Shown here: positions 48,290-61,737 of the stretch, one piece after another
How positions within the stretch are numbered: position 1 is the stretch's first letter
Layout of the letters: every line of letters starts with the position of its first letter
From: Dicyema japonicum
Taxonomy: Eukaryota > Animalia > Dicyemida
Direction of reading: 5' to 3'
Assembly (NCBI GenBank): GCA_011109175.1
Contig: RDEW01000018.1
Span: forward strand, 140,895 to 204,894
DNA length: 64,000 bases
Made by a program: the position numbers and the translations under genes
The notes under the pieces: model-generated
Told to the model about the DNA's origin: nothing
The model's input: only the letters and a program-made list of their open reading frames with translations
Databases searched by the model: none

Positions 48290-50160
48290 TGATGTCGAGC
48301 CCTGGAGGTCAAGGGCAAGCAAAAAGATCCCAAACCTCTCTCTCAACCAGAGACGGATAAGGTCCACACCGTAAACGAGAAAGTTCTAATATGACGGCCC
48401 TCGGAAGAAGGAGTTCTGAAGCACTAATCTTAGGAGGTATGCCCTCCAGTATCTTGTTCTCCTTGAGACGTAGTATCGCACGTGTAGATGCAAAGTAATG
48501 TATATATTTTGTCCAGGTTTGATTTTCTTTGTTGATCAGTGAATGTTCTCCGAATAAGGCTAAGGTTTGCGGATTTAAGCAGTGGTAACGTTGGATGGTT
48601 CGGGTCAAGTGATTGTCGGAGAAGTTGTGTTGTTCACTTCAAAGTGGTCACCCAGAAGCAGAATCTTCGACTCTCAGTGTAAGTGCCCGACGGCAGATGA
48701 TTTCAAAAACCCCGTTGCAGCTTTCAGTGAGAGTTTTGTCCCTGGTGCAACTTTTGTAAGAGGGAGAGCGCTATACTAGGAACTTAGCTCGGGGAGGCGT
48801 AGTTTAGTGTCGTCCTAACGAATTGCTTGTACAATAAGGTAAGGCACTCCGTTTTGTTGGCCGTTTGAGTTGTCAGATATTACTCTGAGGATGTTTGGAT
48901 TTTCAATCACTGGGAGAAGTTCTTTGTTGAGGTATATACTGGTCTGTGGTTAAATTATCTCCTCTCAGTTGTAAAAATGAGGATTTCGACGTGGATGGAG
49001 ACATCCAGTTTGTCACCATCCAGCCAGAATACAAAGTCAAATGACTTTGGACATTACAAGAGGCCAATTGAATGTTTTATCCCTAGATCCAATAATAATG
49101 TCATCGGCCTATGATAGGAGGATCTTTTTTGGATGTCGCTGAGGTATAGGTTAAAAAGTGATGATGAGAGAACGGATCCCTGAGGTTGCGGAATCGGGAC
49201 ATATGGGAATGAAAACATGTTTGACCTAGGTGGAGGGTACAAAGACCATCAAGTTAGTTGGCAGGCGAGTTGCGCGCACTTTGAATTAAGTCGTGGATTA
49301 GCGTTACGGGAACTTGTACCTCGTGGTGGTTGGACCCTCTTAGGACGAGTATCTTTGAACATTGGAATGTAAATGGTCTTTCGATAATCGGTCATCAAAT
49401 CGTTTGCATGACGGTGAAAGTCTTTAGTTAGGTTGTTTTATCAAACATCTCACCATGAGAGGAACCGGGATTAAGTTCGCCTGAACATCATTTATGAATC
49501 TTCAGAATTTTTTAGGTTTCTTTTTGGGGTAAGATGGGAAATAAATCCAGTCCATTTTTTATTCTTGACTTTAGAAATCAACATGGTCTCTTTAAGCGTC
49601 TCCTTTCACGAATGAGGTGGAGGATTTCACTATTAAAATAGGACTTGTATTCCCTGATGAAGCCTTTGGGGATTAATTTCTTGTCAGCCAACAATATAGC
49701 AGAGTTGAAAAAGGCCACGGATTCATCTGGAGACGTGAATTTGTACATAGAGAAGTCTTCCAAGATACTTCCTATTTCTGACATAAAATTATCAAAATTC
49801 ATTTTCCTGTAGTTTTCGAAGTTCCGCCTAATCGTTCTCTTTGCTGATCGAAGCTCCGCTTGACGGTGTTCTTGGAAGTTTCAGTGAGAGTAATGGAAAG
49901 TTGTATGAGAGTGACGAGCCACCACCATGGGACCCACTTGCCCGTTCTGAGCGGAGTACTGAGTAGTCTTTAAATCTTGGTGTTCGTGAGGTGATGGGTA
50001 GTCTGGATTTTTGCAGAAAAAAATATCAATTTTGTGTCTCGCCAAATAGCCTATGAGTTCAGCATGCTTTGATGTGATCCCATTAATGTTCAGTTGTAGG
50101 ATTCTGATTTTGTTCGGTCCGAGGTTTGGCAAGATATCTCCCGGGCACAGAGACCCGTAA
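48290..50160 (-). mobile_element. Internally deleted APE-RT LINE with degenerate 2A-like motif
   Basis: GDILPNLGP then KIRILQLNINGI, PQGSVLSSSLFNLYLSD, ELSRLRCG...LFACP. Confidence 0.75.
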
Positions 50161-50233
50161 ATAACATCTCACGTAACATGAGATAAATTTAATTATCGAA
50201 AAAGAATTTATTTATTTGATAAATAATAAAAAA

Positions 50234-50703
50234 TTATTTAAAAGTTGATTTTAGTTGACCCGTTATACTCAGTTCTCCGTTAACTAAGTTGTTTTGATGG
50301 GAAATGAATATCCTTGAGGTTGAAGAATTTCCATATGAATTTACATTTCCGACGATGAACACTGAGTTTGGGGACCCCAAATAATCAATTTTCTTCTCGT
50401 CTATTCCAACAAAAAATGTTTGCTGAGTCATCGGACACGGTGGAAGACCCAGTTTGTCGTAGATAACTCATCTTCTCTTATCAGATTTATGATCTTTGAG
50501 TTATCCAGTTCCAATTGGGCGATATATCCATATTCTTTTTCTGCCACGACCTTGTCGCTTTCTGTCTTCACCAGGGAATGAGCCTTGCTTATCTGACCAT
50601 CGAAGGAATAAAGGAGGAGAACATTTCGACTGAAATAATACACTAAATTACTTATTAGTATTATTGCGCTGATTATATTTGTAATCAAGAGCCAGTTTGC
50701 CAT
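50234..50703 (-). CDS. Unidentified protein with N-terminal hydrophobic segment (~155 aa if one frameshift is an error)
   Basis: Overlapping ORFs 50428..50703 and 50234..50431 join by a single-base shift. Confidence 0.4.
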
Positions 50704-52658
50704 TTTAATCGATTACTGTAAGTGGGCTGATTATAAGGCACTTTAGGCGCAAACAATTTCCAAATATGTACATAAATTAAAGGAAGCAGGGGATTCGGAA
50801 GAAAACGGCTTCGTTTATAACCACGATTGTAGGAACTGATGAAAAAAATTATCCAGTGAAGTGGGGGACCACATAATCACTTTTGGTTCCTTCCAAGCAC
50901 TACGGACTCCTGAGAAAACTGGATCAAATGACGCCATTCTAGTAGAATGAGGGAAGAGAAGGAACAGAGGAAGGGAAGAGGAACCTTCCGCCAAGTAGTC
51001 AGTAGGGGAATCGAACCATGGACTATTGTTAGAACATGACATTTGGCCATCTCCTGCGTTGGTCCCCTAGTTTATCGTAAATTCAACTATTAGCACATAT
51101 GCAAGAAAGGAAGCAAGTACAAGCGATGTGGAAATATACTTTTGAGGTAAGGCTGTCACAGACAGAAGGAAAGTATTAATCTAACAACGTCAACTACAAA
51201 CTAATTGAGATCATTGGCGGTCCAAGGTAAGACTCACGTGGGTTGAAATTATATCTATGGAAAATGATATAGTAAAGACATATGCATCTTCGCTTTTTTG
51301 TTTGGTTTCACGGTTGCTTGTGAGATAATGATGTGTAAATGGATGAGGAGAGACTATAAATGCCAGCTATATGGACACAGATAGGAAAATCTTGGCCGAC
51401 GAAGCCAGCTAAGGTTAAAATATGTTGGAGAAGTGCCAGAGAACTAGAGGGGGAAAATCGTCTACTACTCTGAGAGTAATAAAGAAAATAAATGAAGAAA
51501 ATATCACGAGTGAAGATGGCCCTGGTTGTGGAGTAATCGATCCACCGGAAAACTTGCTAACCAGAGGATTAAAAATACTGTTGGTAAATCCCGATGCTTA
51601 AGAAAATGGCATTATAAACTAGCACTCCTTGCGACGACCTTCAAGTTTCTAACGACTGTCATAATTGAATTCATTCACGGATTTTTCTAACTATTTTCCC
51701 GTGTTTTCGAGGGCTACGGAACATTGGAACAGATCTTTATCGAGTTCTCACTCTCACATGCAGTACGACCTAGTCTCATGAATATCTCTTTCTATCCAAT
51801 GGGTCATGTCCTCTGTTATACACCCAACATATCGAGGTTACAAAAATTAAAGAACGTGAAGCACCCACTATGGCTCAGCACCCAACATTTAGACAACCGT
51901 GGACAATATATCCTCAATTCTCTCGGTGACTGAGCATACTCATAACCCAGATTCCCATACAAGGACCTCTCAGAGAACTACTGATACACCCAAATCTCCG
52001 GATATTACATTATGTTCTACCTCTCTAATGGGTCTATCGCTTTCGTTTTTTAGATGATCATAACCCCACAATTCTTCGGGTCAAAAGTCAAAGTTGTACA
52101 TACGACCAAATAATGAAATTCAAGCATTTTGCTTAAACTAACGGTGGGCTTTACTAATGTGGATTCTCAAGTTTTTGGGATGCACATGACGGATATCACG
52201 GTTGATAAAGCAGCAAACATGCTTAGGAATACCATTCTCAAAGCGAACTAATAATTTATCCACTATCCTCGTATAAAAACTTCAATCCCAAACAATGCTG
52301 CTCACGTTTGCTCGAACAGTTAGGAATGCAGGAATTATTGACTGTGTAAGACAACGGAAATCTCCATTTCACGGCAAATACGGCTACGATATGAACGAAA
52401 ATGGACCCATGCCTTTACCATAAGAGTTCATGCAACTCTTTCTGGATGATTTTGAAACGGATCGAAACACAGCTTAAAGACGAGGACGCTGTATCTTCAC
52501 TACCTATAAAGAACACAGTGAAACTCGCTAACAAAATAATCAACCACAATGTATCGATAAGTTACGAAAATCACCCAAATTCTTTTAGGATCAATACTAG
52601 CCCTTACAGACCAATCAATGCCAGTTCCCAATATTAATTTTTTCATCCATGAACTAGT

Positions 52659-53030
52659 ATGGAAGACAATTTGTTCCTTGCGGAATTTGGACAAATAAGT
52701 CTGAACGTACTTGAAGCCCGCTGGCACCTTTTTGGACATATTCTACGGATGGGTGAACAAACACCATGCAATGTTGCCATGGAAGATTTTTGGCCATACT
52801 GTATCTCCTGCATTCAGAGGACGTCCAAGAAGTTGTCTTCCAAGGACACCTGCGGAGGATTACGAAGTTATCGGAGGCCGACTGATGGATGCAGATGATC
52901 TGAACGAAATTAGGTGACGAGGACGACAACGGAAAGGATGGAGAAGCCTAAGGGAAAGGATAATCGAAAAACATGGCACAAACACAAACAGTGTTTACTG
53001 GTAACGCGGATGTGCTTTAACTAACTAACT
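52659..53030 (+). mobile_element. RTE 3' end fragment
   Basis: ARWHLFGHILRM...FRGRPR...DADDLNEIR and (taac)n tail. Confidence 0.7.
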
Positions 53031-53334
53031 AGGAAATTCGCGTGCCTGTGGCCCCGATGGAGAATCTGCATATCACCTAAAGCGTTATTGGTTTTGACGA
53101 GTTACAAAATTACTATGTGACCTCGTACATCGTCCCAAAATATGGAAAAATTCGATAATTATACCAATTTAAAATATGGAAAATCCAAAACGTCATATCG
53201 GCCAATTTCTTTGACATGCTCTCTTTCAACGGTGTTGGAGAAGTTAGTCCTTGTGATGATTTTTCCAGATCTGCCATTTTCCACCATGGCTTCCGAATTT
53301 CTAGTCCACCACGACGCACTTGTCAACTTTATCC

Positions 53335-53610
53335 CAATTTTTGTCTGTTCCTCCTCTTCCCTTTTCTAGTAGAGTGGTATAATGTGATCTACCCTCTCAA
53401 GTGGCGCCCAGTGCCAGGATGGAACAAAAGAGGATCATTTTCTCTCCTCAACTGAGGGGTTTCAAAAACTCAAGGAATGGACGTCTGTTACCTTTAATGT
53501 TGGTTCCGGATGGATTTGTGTGATGTTGAAGGACTGTCTCTGTAACAGTGGAAACTGGATATACTTAATTAGGTTTGTTTACTGTTAACTTCATTCTCGT
53601 ATATCCGCGG
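53335..53610. mobile_element. Diverged partial copy of the piggyBac-type MITE at 21565-21907
   Basis: Colinear similarity (gtggcgcccagtgccagg...ggatcattt...gaaactggata.acttaatta) ending ttctcgtatatccgcgg|TTAA. Confidence 0.65.
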
Positions 53611-53959
53611 TTAATAATATTGCTATAGCTCTTCCCAGACCAAACACACGCTTTATTTAAGTAAAGAACAGTTATCACAACTAATCGAAGAAGGAGAACC
53701 AAGGAATGCTCTTCACTTTTCTTTATGTTGGGTATGAGTCTTTTTGTAGACGATCTGGTTACGCAGTGAGATGTTCACTGATGACGGCGTCACTTGTCAA
53801 GTCAAAGCATAGTAGATGCGTGGAACGTTCAGCCGGAATGTACTGCAGCGAGATTGAAACTAGGAGCCATCATGCCTTTTGGCTGGCACTCCTTACAATC
53901 CGTACCCAACGTATCTTGGGGTTAATAATAATCCCAATTTATCATGGACGGCTTTAATG

Positions 53960-54700
53960 CCCCTAGGCCCCATATGCGGACGGTATTGTTTCCATCGATA
54001 TACAAAAGGCCTTTGACTCGGTATCGAGGACTCACCTTACAAAGAAGATCTTGGACTCAACATCCACCCGAACCTTAAACTCTGACTGGAAAAATTTTTT
54101 CGGATGGCATGGGAGAGCGTCCAAGAAGTGTTTTTACGAAGTTTAATTTCGTCGAGGTGGTTACTGCAAGTTCACGACTGCTTCCAAATGAAGTTCTACA
54201 GTGCTCTCCTTTTTTCCAGGATTATTTAATTCGGTTCTTCCAATGTCCCAGAGATTTACGACCCAAACACATTGCTCTTATTCTATGCAGATGACTTCAC
54301 AATAGCCTCAAGAATAGTTCACCCTCCATGGCGGCCGCGGTTGTCCAAACACCTGGATCATATTATGAATTGGCTCTCACGGTATAAACTGTCTTTTTCA
54401 TCATCAAAAACCATCTTCACATTATTCACGTCGGATCGCTGCTACAAGGATGTTCCCGTGGTCCGCCTGGGATATGTGTCTACAACCGTTTCAAATAACC
54501 CAAAAATCCTTGACGTGACCTATGACTTATTGATGACCTTCGCAAGGCATACCGACCAAATCTTGACTAAAGGAATCAAGAAGATTAATGTCTTCATGGC
54601 AATTGTTGTAAAGACCCCGTTCCTAGTAAGATTGCTATTATATCCCTGTGCTTTATAGAAGTGAAAAAACGATGGTACAAAAAAAGGTGATCGTTACAAA
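53960..54700 (+). mobile_element. LINE RT remnant
   Basis: SIDIQKAFDSVSR, LLFYADDF, NNPKILDVTYD. Confidence 0.65.
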
Positions 54701-55145
54701 AGCTGAGGCAAAGGGAAGAATTTAACAGATAACGGTGCAAAGAAGATAACAAAAAGAAGTCCTTCACGTCCTCCAGGAGCGTCAACTTCAAAAAGCGAGG
54801 GTTTGTCAACGCAGGAAGAAATAATTGTGCTCCTGGGAAGTTATCTGATTACATGAAGACGTATCTACGTAATTATCAAATTAAGTCGAGAGGCTATCTC
54901 CGAAAGGCGATTATAGACGTTGTGTCGACTCAAAGACAGAGGCTATCTCCGAAAGGATTTCTTTAGTCAAGAGGACTATTAATAAAATATGGACAGATTT
55001 TTCAGAACGAAACCCATTTTCTCGAAAAGTTATAGAAAACTTACATGTCCTAGGACAAGTGCAGAAAAGGTATTTATGGAGAAACCGGGTGGTAGTTTCT
55101 ACAAGATAGAGGAGACCTCGTTTATTTTCAAAAATCACCGGTTCC

Positions 55146-55240
55146 CATTCAAAATGGCCTCTTTCAAAATGGCCTCCATTCAAAATGGCCTCTTTCAAAA
55201 TGGCCTCCATTCAAAATGGCCTCCATTCAAAATGGCCTCC
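55146..55240. repeat. 17-bp tandem repeat x6 (inverted x3 at ~57317-57365)
   Basis: cattcaaaatggcctc(c/t) units. Confidence 0.9.
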
Positions 55241-55291
55241 AATTAAATTTCTCAGGTTTTGGATAAGTTCATCAATAGACATCACGAGATA

Positions 55292-55690
55292 TTTTACCAA
55301 GGTCCTCGACATCTTTAGGTAAAAAAGTCATCTTTTTAAATCTTATAAAAATTGATTTTACCAAGGTCCTCGACATCTTTAGGTAAAAAAGTCATCTTTT
55401 TAAATCTTATAAAAATTGATTTTAACAGATCCTATGGGTAAGTGGAACATTTTACCAAGGTCCTCGACATCTTTAGGTAAAAAAGTCATCTTTTTGAAAT
55501 CTTATAAAAATTGATTTTAACAGGTCCTATGGGTAAGTGGAACAATTTACCAAGGTCCTCGACATCTTTAGGTAAAAAAGTCATCTTTTTTAAATCTTAT
55601 AAAAATTGATTTTAACAGGTCCTATGGGTAAGTGGAACAATTTACCAAGGTCCTCGACATCTTTAGGTAAAAAAGTCATCTTTTTTAATA
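55292..55690. repeat. 65-96-bp tandem units x5 (inverted x3 at ~57045-57255)
   Basis: tttaccaaggtcctcgacatctttaggtaaaaaagtcatc... starting at about 55292, 55357, 55450, 55546 and 55641. Confidence 0.9.
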
Positions 55691-57429
55691 TTTTTATATA
55701 AGTTTAAAATGAAATATTTATTTTCAAAAGAAAAAAAGGAAAATGATTATAAATGTTAATAGAACACATATTCTACTAAATTGAATATATAGTCTGTCGA
55801 TCCATATTAAGTAATATTTGTTCTTGAACAAATTTCAATATATTCTCCGATAAAGCGATATATTTAGTTTTTCTAAGAATTTTTTCTCCATTTTGTAATC
55901 TTAAGAATTTAATTATTATGCCTTCTTCTTCTTTATCAATTTCTTTACAAAATTTCTTGGCGTCTTGTTTAGTGTCCCAAATGTACTTCTAAAAACGTTG
56001 TGCCAGCCTTCAATGGAGTTATTTGTCCGAGGTAAGTCCTCATATAGATTATCCAGATTATTCCAATAATTAATTGGAAATCTTGGAATTAATCCATTTT
56101 CTTGATTTCCGATATAATTGATCAAGAAATATTGATATAATGGAGTTAGAATCACAGGAAAATCTGATCTCGACACTATCCAATCAAAAGTGTTCTTTAC
56201 AGTATGTGTAGGAATAAAGGAGAGGCATTTCAACAGTTTTACAAATCTATCGTTAATTTTAAATCACATTTAACCTATTTATATCTTCATTATTTATGTC
56301 GTTGAAAATTCCTAGTTCCAATATTTTTTTATTAATATTTTGTCCTAGATGGAACATGCAGCAATTTATCCGTGCGTTTGGAAATGATTTTTGAAAAGAG
56401 TTTATTGCTCCTTTTTCAAAATCTGAGACAATAACTCTTGGTTCTAAATCCGGAATGAGACGTTTAATTATTTGAAGCATTGTGTCATATTCATTTTCAG
56501 TTTTTGATGTTAAAAGACAGAATATTATTGGAATTACATGGTGATTAATTATTACCGATATTGTGAATAATTGCTTCCAAGGAAGAGGGCAGACAGAAAA
56601 AGTCCCATCAATAGACCATATTTTATGATTTTTTAATGGTGTCGTCATTTCAGAATTTAAAAAATAACCATATTTGTCTCAACATCTGAAAAGTTAATCA
56701 TTAATATACCAATATTTTGGCGAAAACTGTGTCCAAACTGATAGAATCTATGCCCTCGTAAGGTATACATTAAATTCTCCTCAATATTAAGAACTGAATC
56801 ATCACTTTCGTGTGGGATACTTTTTCTTGTTCTATTAATCAGTTGTTCCAGAGAAGAATGAGTCCCTGTCAAAGCAATAGTTGTCAAATTTTGTCCAAGC
56901 AGAGAATTATTAATAATCTGTCTAGGACCCATATCACATAAGAGTGATTTCTGCTTTATGTCCTCCCGTATTAAGGCTCTCTTGACAAATTCACTCCTTG
57001 GAAGATGATTATTCACTCCTTGGAAGATGATAGGATCCCTTAAAATCAATTTTTATAAGATTTAAAAAAGATGACTTTTTTACCTAAAGATGTCGAGGAC
57101 CTTGGTAAAATGTTCCACTTACCCATAGGACTTGTTAAAATCACTTTTTATAAGATTTAAAAAAGATGACTTTTTTACCTAAAGATGTCGAGGACCTTGG
57201 TAAAATCAATTTTTATAAGATTTAAAAAAGATGACTTTTTTACCTAAAGATGTCGTTTCGCTAAAATCTCGTGATGTTTATTGATGAACTTATCCAAAAC
57301 CTGAAAAAATTAATTGGAGGCCATTTTGAATGGAGGCCATTTTGAAAGAGGCCATTTTGAATGGACACGATTTAATCAGATATTGTGAGGATGATTTAGG
57401 ATTATGGAGGAAGTAGTTACCATATTGGA

Positions 57430-59560
57430 AGTTGCGATCAAGGAGTGCAAGGCAAATGTATCAGGATACGACGATATGGTCATGTTCAAAGAAGGACTGG
57501 ATGCATTGTTTGATGTTCTACAAAAACTGTTTAATGAAAGATTGGGTTTATTCCACTCTTATGGAGAAGGTCTATAGTGAGGATGATCCCCAATCTAGGG
57601 AAATTAAAGAGGGATTCTCTGAGTTATAGGCAAATCAGCAATCAGCCTGATATGTTCCATTTCTAAGATAATCGAAAGGATTACCTTCAAACGTCTGTGT
57701 CGGCATATTGAAAATACTAATTTCTTACTCCCGTCCCATTGGGGTTTCGCCTAGGAAGATCGTGTGCATACTGTTTCTACCACGGAAATCCAGAAGACCA
57801 ATAATAGCCGAAGGCATTTAAACTTGTTATGCCTGGACAGTATTTGACACGAAGCTCTTTTGGCTCAGCGTCTGTTGACGGATATTCCTAAATACCTGTT
57901 TAACTAAATAAGAAATTTCTTAACGGGCAGGGAGTCCTTCGTGAAAGTTGGAGGAAGTATCTCAGGAGAGATCTCGCTTATCAGAGATGTTCCTCAGGGT
58001 TCTGTACAAGTCCAATATTATTCAATATCTTCATGGCTAGTTTACCTAAACCACAGAGTCATAACTCTGATATAATAATTCACGAGGATGATATCACCTT
58101 GCATCAAGAGCTCAATACTCTCGGAAAGGAGACTGAATATATTTCTATCATAGAAGACTGATGTAGCAAGAGAGGGTTAAAACTCTTATGGGAAAGTTTA
58201 GTGCACTTCCAAGATCAAATCTCTACAGGAGGGGTCGAGATGAGCGACCATTAAGTTGAGCTTAAGAAAAAGGCTAATGGATGAGTTGACTGAGGAGGAA
58301 GACAAACTCCCAACAACAATAAAATGCGTGATCGAGAAGAGGTTTTCAAGATGATAACCAAAGTCCGAAGCTCGAAGAGGAGAGGAAAAGAGTGAAGTGT
58401 CCAAGACTACTGGCAGGACTGAAAAATAATACACTCCCCAACATAACTCCTTACCTTCTTTCTAGAAATAAATTTGTTGTTGTTGGAAGTATGCACTCTC
58501 AACGTCATCTTTGGACAAAATCACACGAAAAGACTCTACGCCTTTTACGCAATCGAACAGATCCAAAGCCAAAGAAGTCTATAGTAAGGATGGTACCAAA
58601 CCAAGAAAATCGAAGAAGGATCCACTGATCTACAGACCAATTAGTCTTGTATGCTCTATCTAAAAGATTACTGAGCGGGTACCTTCAAAAGATTGTGTCT
58701 ACATCTCGAAGATAGTCATTTCCTGATACCGCAGCTATGGGGTTTTCGTCCTCGTGTATGAACTGTTTCCACCAATTGAATTCGGAAAGTGTGAGGGCCA
58801 TAGATAGCTTGAGACAGCTAGAGGTGTTATGGCTGAATATTTCTAAGCCGTTCGATATCGTTTGGCATAAAGCACTTCTGGTTCAACTCGTGTTGGTGGG
58901 TATTCCGAAGTATCCATTCAATTGGATAAGAGATTTCTTAACCGGAAGGGAATCCTAAATGTGAAAGTGGGAGGAATTATCTCCAATGGAATCTCGCTTA
59001 TCAGTGGGTTCCCCGTGGCTCAAGTAGCATGGTTCAAGTTCTCTGGTGAAAAGTCCAACGCCCTACGAATTAGTCGGGTCAGGAAACAGCTAAAGCAAGA
59101 TGTGCATTCATTACGCTATTTGGGAGTAGAAATTGACCGGTGTATATATGGAAGATATCAAAGTGAGGAGGAAGCTTTCAAACTCTTTCATGTATCGCTA
59201 TCTACGCGTCAATGAGATATCTTTCTATTTACCTTTTGTGGAACAATTTTACCCAATTTACTCTATGAATGTGAGGGATGGTAATTCTCCTCGATAGGGG
59301 ACAGAATAATATCTTATTTGGAAAAACAAGGAGAGCGGTCATCAAGTGGTAGTAGAAAAGAGGTTATGCGATGAGCTAGACGAGGAAGAAGACAAACTGC
59401 TTAATCCAGTTAAGTGAAAGGTGGAGGAGAGGATCAATTATTTCATGATGAAACCAATATCCAGAACTCATGTATAACAGTGAAGACTAACTAAGGATAA
59501 GAAGGATCTGACGAAGTGTCCAAGCCACGTGGCAGGACTAAGATACTGGACTAAGATACT
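57430..59560 (+). mobile_element. Two tandem highly degenerate LINE RT remnants
   Basis: Paired segments (~57700-58450 and ~58640-59560) with KPFDIVWHKALL and PQGSV-like motifs, both ending aagtgtccaag...ggcaggact. Confidence 0.55.
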
Positions 59561-59579
59561 TTAAATAAAAGAAAACTAT

Positions 59580-59930
59580 GGCCTGCATGTAGTAAGTACG
59601 CAATGGGACTTACCCTTCTGCCGATTTGGCCATTCCCTGTTACCAGTCGTCCCTGCAGGTTGCCGTCCCCTGGCAGACTCAATCTGTTAGATGGGGATAC
59701 TATTCTTGTCGGAGTTGCTCTTCGCTTAGGCTTCGATGTCTGCTTGGAATATCGATGCGGTGGGATGGTGACAGGAAAGGTCTACATCCGCTGTCACAGT
59801 GCCGGGAGATTCCCTCGTCACGTCATGCTAAACCCGACTGTCACGAGGGCTATCGAAGACTCCGGGTTTACTTGCCTTCTGGAACCCGCCGGACTTGACA
59901 GAGGTGATGGCAAGAAATCGGATTTGTAGA
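59580..59930 (+). mobile_element. CRE-like non-LTR element remnant
   Basis: VGVALRLG.....CRCG...GLHPLSC..SAGRFPRH..LN...LLEPAGLDRGDGK. Confidence 0.7.
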
Positions 59931-60397
59931 GATCCAAGAAAGAAAGGTTAAACCCACTAATTAAGTGATCACAACCTCCAATATCTCCAGAACTCTCTTT
60001 GAATCTTCCGTAGCGACCCAACTGCCCTCCAGGAGTGCCTTCTTTGTGTCTGCTGAGGAATTCTATCGGAGTACACTTATTTATGGTCGATCGGAATTTC
60101 TCTGCATGAACCACCCTCTCTCTGATAGGTTTCCTAGGTCCTTGCAAAAACGTAGAAAACCTTAGCTACTTCTCACACCGCTTTCTCAGAAAGGAGATTG
60201 TCGGCTTGCATGATCTGTGTGATTTACACCTGAGAGAGTTTTCGATCCTTGAAGAGGAAAGGGCAAACCTCCAGGCAGAACAGACATATTCATTTGTCGG
60301 CACAATAACTTGAAGGTAGAATTTACTGATACCTTAGGTGGGAGGGGGCTCTTTTTTATGATAGCCTTTAGAACGTTTCACTTTCAAAGCCACTTGG

Positions 60398-61450
60398 TTA
60401 ACACTTCGCAGTGTGACTCCAAGGATCTTCTGAATTCGCGTAGAAGAAATAGGAATGTCTCCAAAGAATCCCGACTCCATCCTTAAATATTCTGTTCGAG
60501 TGAACTAAGACTTGCATGCAGAAACAGACAACATATTCGGAGATAGCCATTCCTGGTTGATGTGTGGCTGAACCACCGCCACAGCCAGGGAAGTAGCATG
60601 ATGTCTCATGTAAATTCGAATTAAAAGTCCTCGAAACAGAGTCAAAGGCTTTCTGTATATCGATCGGGATCAAAGTCGTCCGTAAATGTGTTTTCATGTT
60701 GAAGCCATCTGTGTTGAACTGAGAGACAAATCACAAATTAGTCGTTGTAGAAAGATTTGCTCTGAAGCCATACTGAAATTTGGGCTTTGGCAGAGCAGGG
60801 TAGATTAACATTAATACCAGCTTCTCCAACACTTTTGACATGGAAACGGATTGTCTTTTGGTTTTCCAGACTTGAGAATTGGTGTAATCAAGGAATTCTT
60901 CCATATGTTTGGTATTGTATGGGAATTGATAAAATAGTTGTATAACCTGTGCCTGAGGTTTTATGTGCTTGAGGTGAATAGCACAGACACCGTCAGAATC
61001 ACAGGCAAGGGTTAACAACTTAATGACTTGTCCATATCACGGAGAGTAAAGAAGGTAGATATGACTTGTATTGTAGACCATATCGTTCGAATAAAATATA
61101 AATGTCCCAAAAATGTCTATTTAACTCGAACATCTTAAATGGAAACATTGATTTCTCCGTTCTTAGGCAACCGACATAATCTATATCAACAGTATCTTGA
61201 TGAACCATCGGGAGGAAGTGTGATGTACTTTCCCACACTTCCAGATACAGAACAACCCGGGTCCTTAAACCCCCATCCTGGTTAGGACCATTTGCTCTTG
61301 TTATGATTATTTGGTTAAGAAATGTATAGAAACGCTTACCAAGAGCTCCAAGACAACCGGTTTTGAGACCACAATTGGGGTTTGGCAAAAGCAACTAGAG
61401 CTCCAAGACAACTGGTCTTGAGACCGCAATTGAGTTTGGCGAAAATGAAA
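60398..61450 (-). mobile_element. Deleted APE-RT LINE remnant
   Basis: IDIQKAFDSVSR, SKVLEKLVL...QYGFRANLSTT, APE-like DGGL. A ~48-bp tandem duplication at ~61342-61445. Confidence 0.6.
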
Positions 61451-61737
61451 CTAACAAATAGTTTCATCCAACCAACTGGATTACTCAATCAGTCTCCCAT
61501 ATCCATATCTACAGACACATTAGTCACCTACCACGGAAAAAACAGCTCACAACTGTAGCGAACAGAACCAAATTTTCTCCATAATTAAGCAACTACCAAC
61601 CAATTCGCTTGGTATGGGCAACAGGAAAACACGAGGCCACCACTCTGATTGTTTAACACAATCTCAACGTTCTACATAAAATAGGCGACATTAAAAACCC
61701 AGACTAATACACTAAAACACAGGAATATTAGAAATCA

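Larger units (their letters stand above)
55140..57366 (-). mobile_element. Mutator-like (MULE) transposon with long repeat-built inverted ends
   Basis: Transposase pieces 55916-57049 (WSIDGTF, VSDFEKGA, CCMFHLGQ, PRTNNSIEGWHN). Left arm 55140-55690 and right arm 57045-57366 are inverted copies. Confidence 0.9.

Noticed and set aside
50234-50703. Naming this ORF TMEM231
   Set aside because: Only a few scattered residues resemble it (VNGEL), which is not enough to assign a symbol
51900-52640. Possible Penelope-like RT remnant and associated hammerhead ribozymes
   Set aside because: Similarity too faint, and by eye I found no CTGANGA core paired with a nearby GAAA stem on either strand
55292-55690. 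Regular repeats resembling a CRISPR array
   Set aside because: No unique spacers, units are long and contiguous, they are mirrored at the other end of a MULE, and the context is eukaryotic with no cas genes
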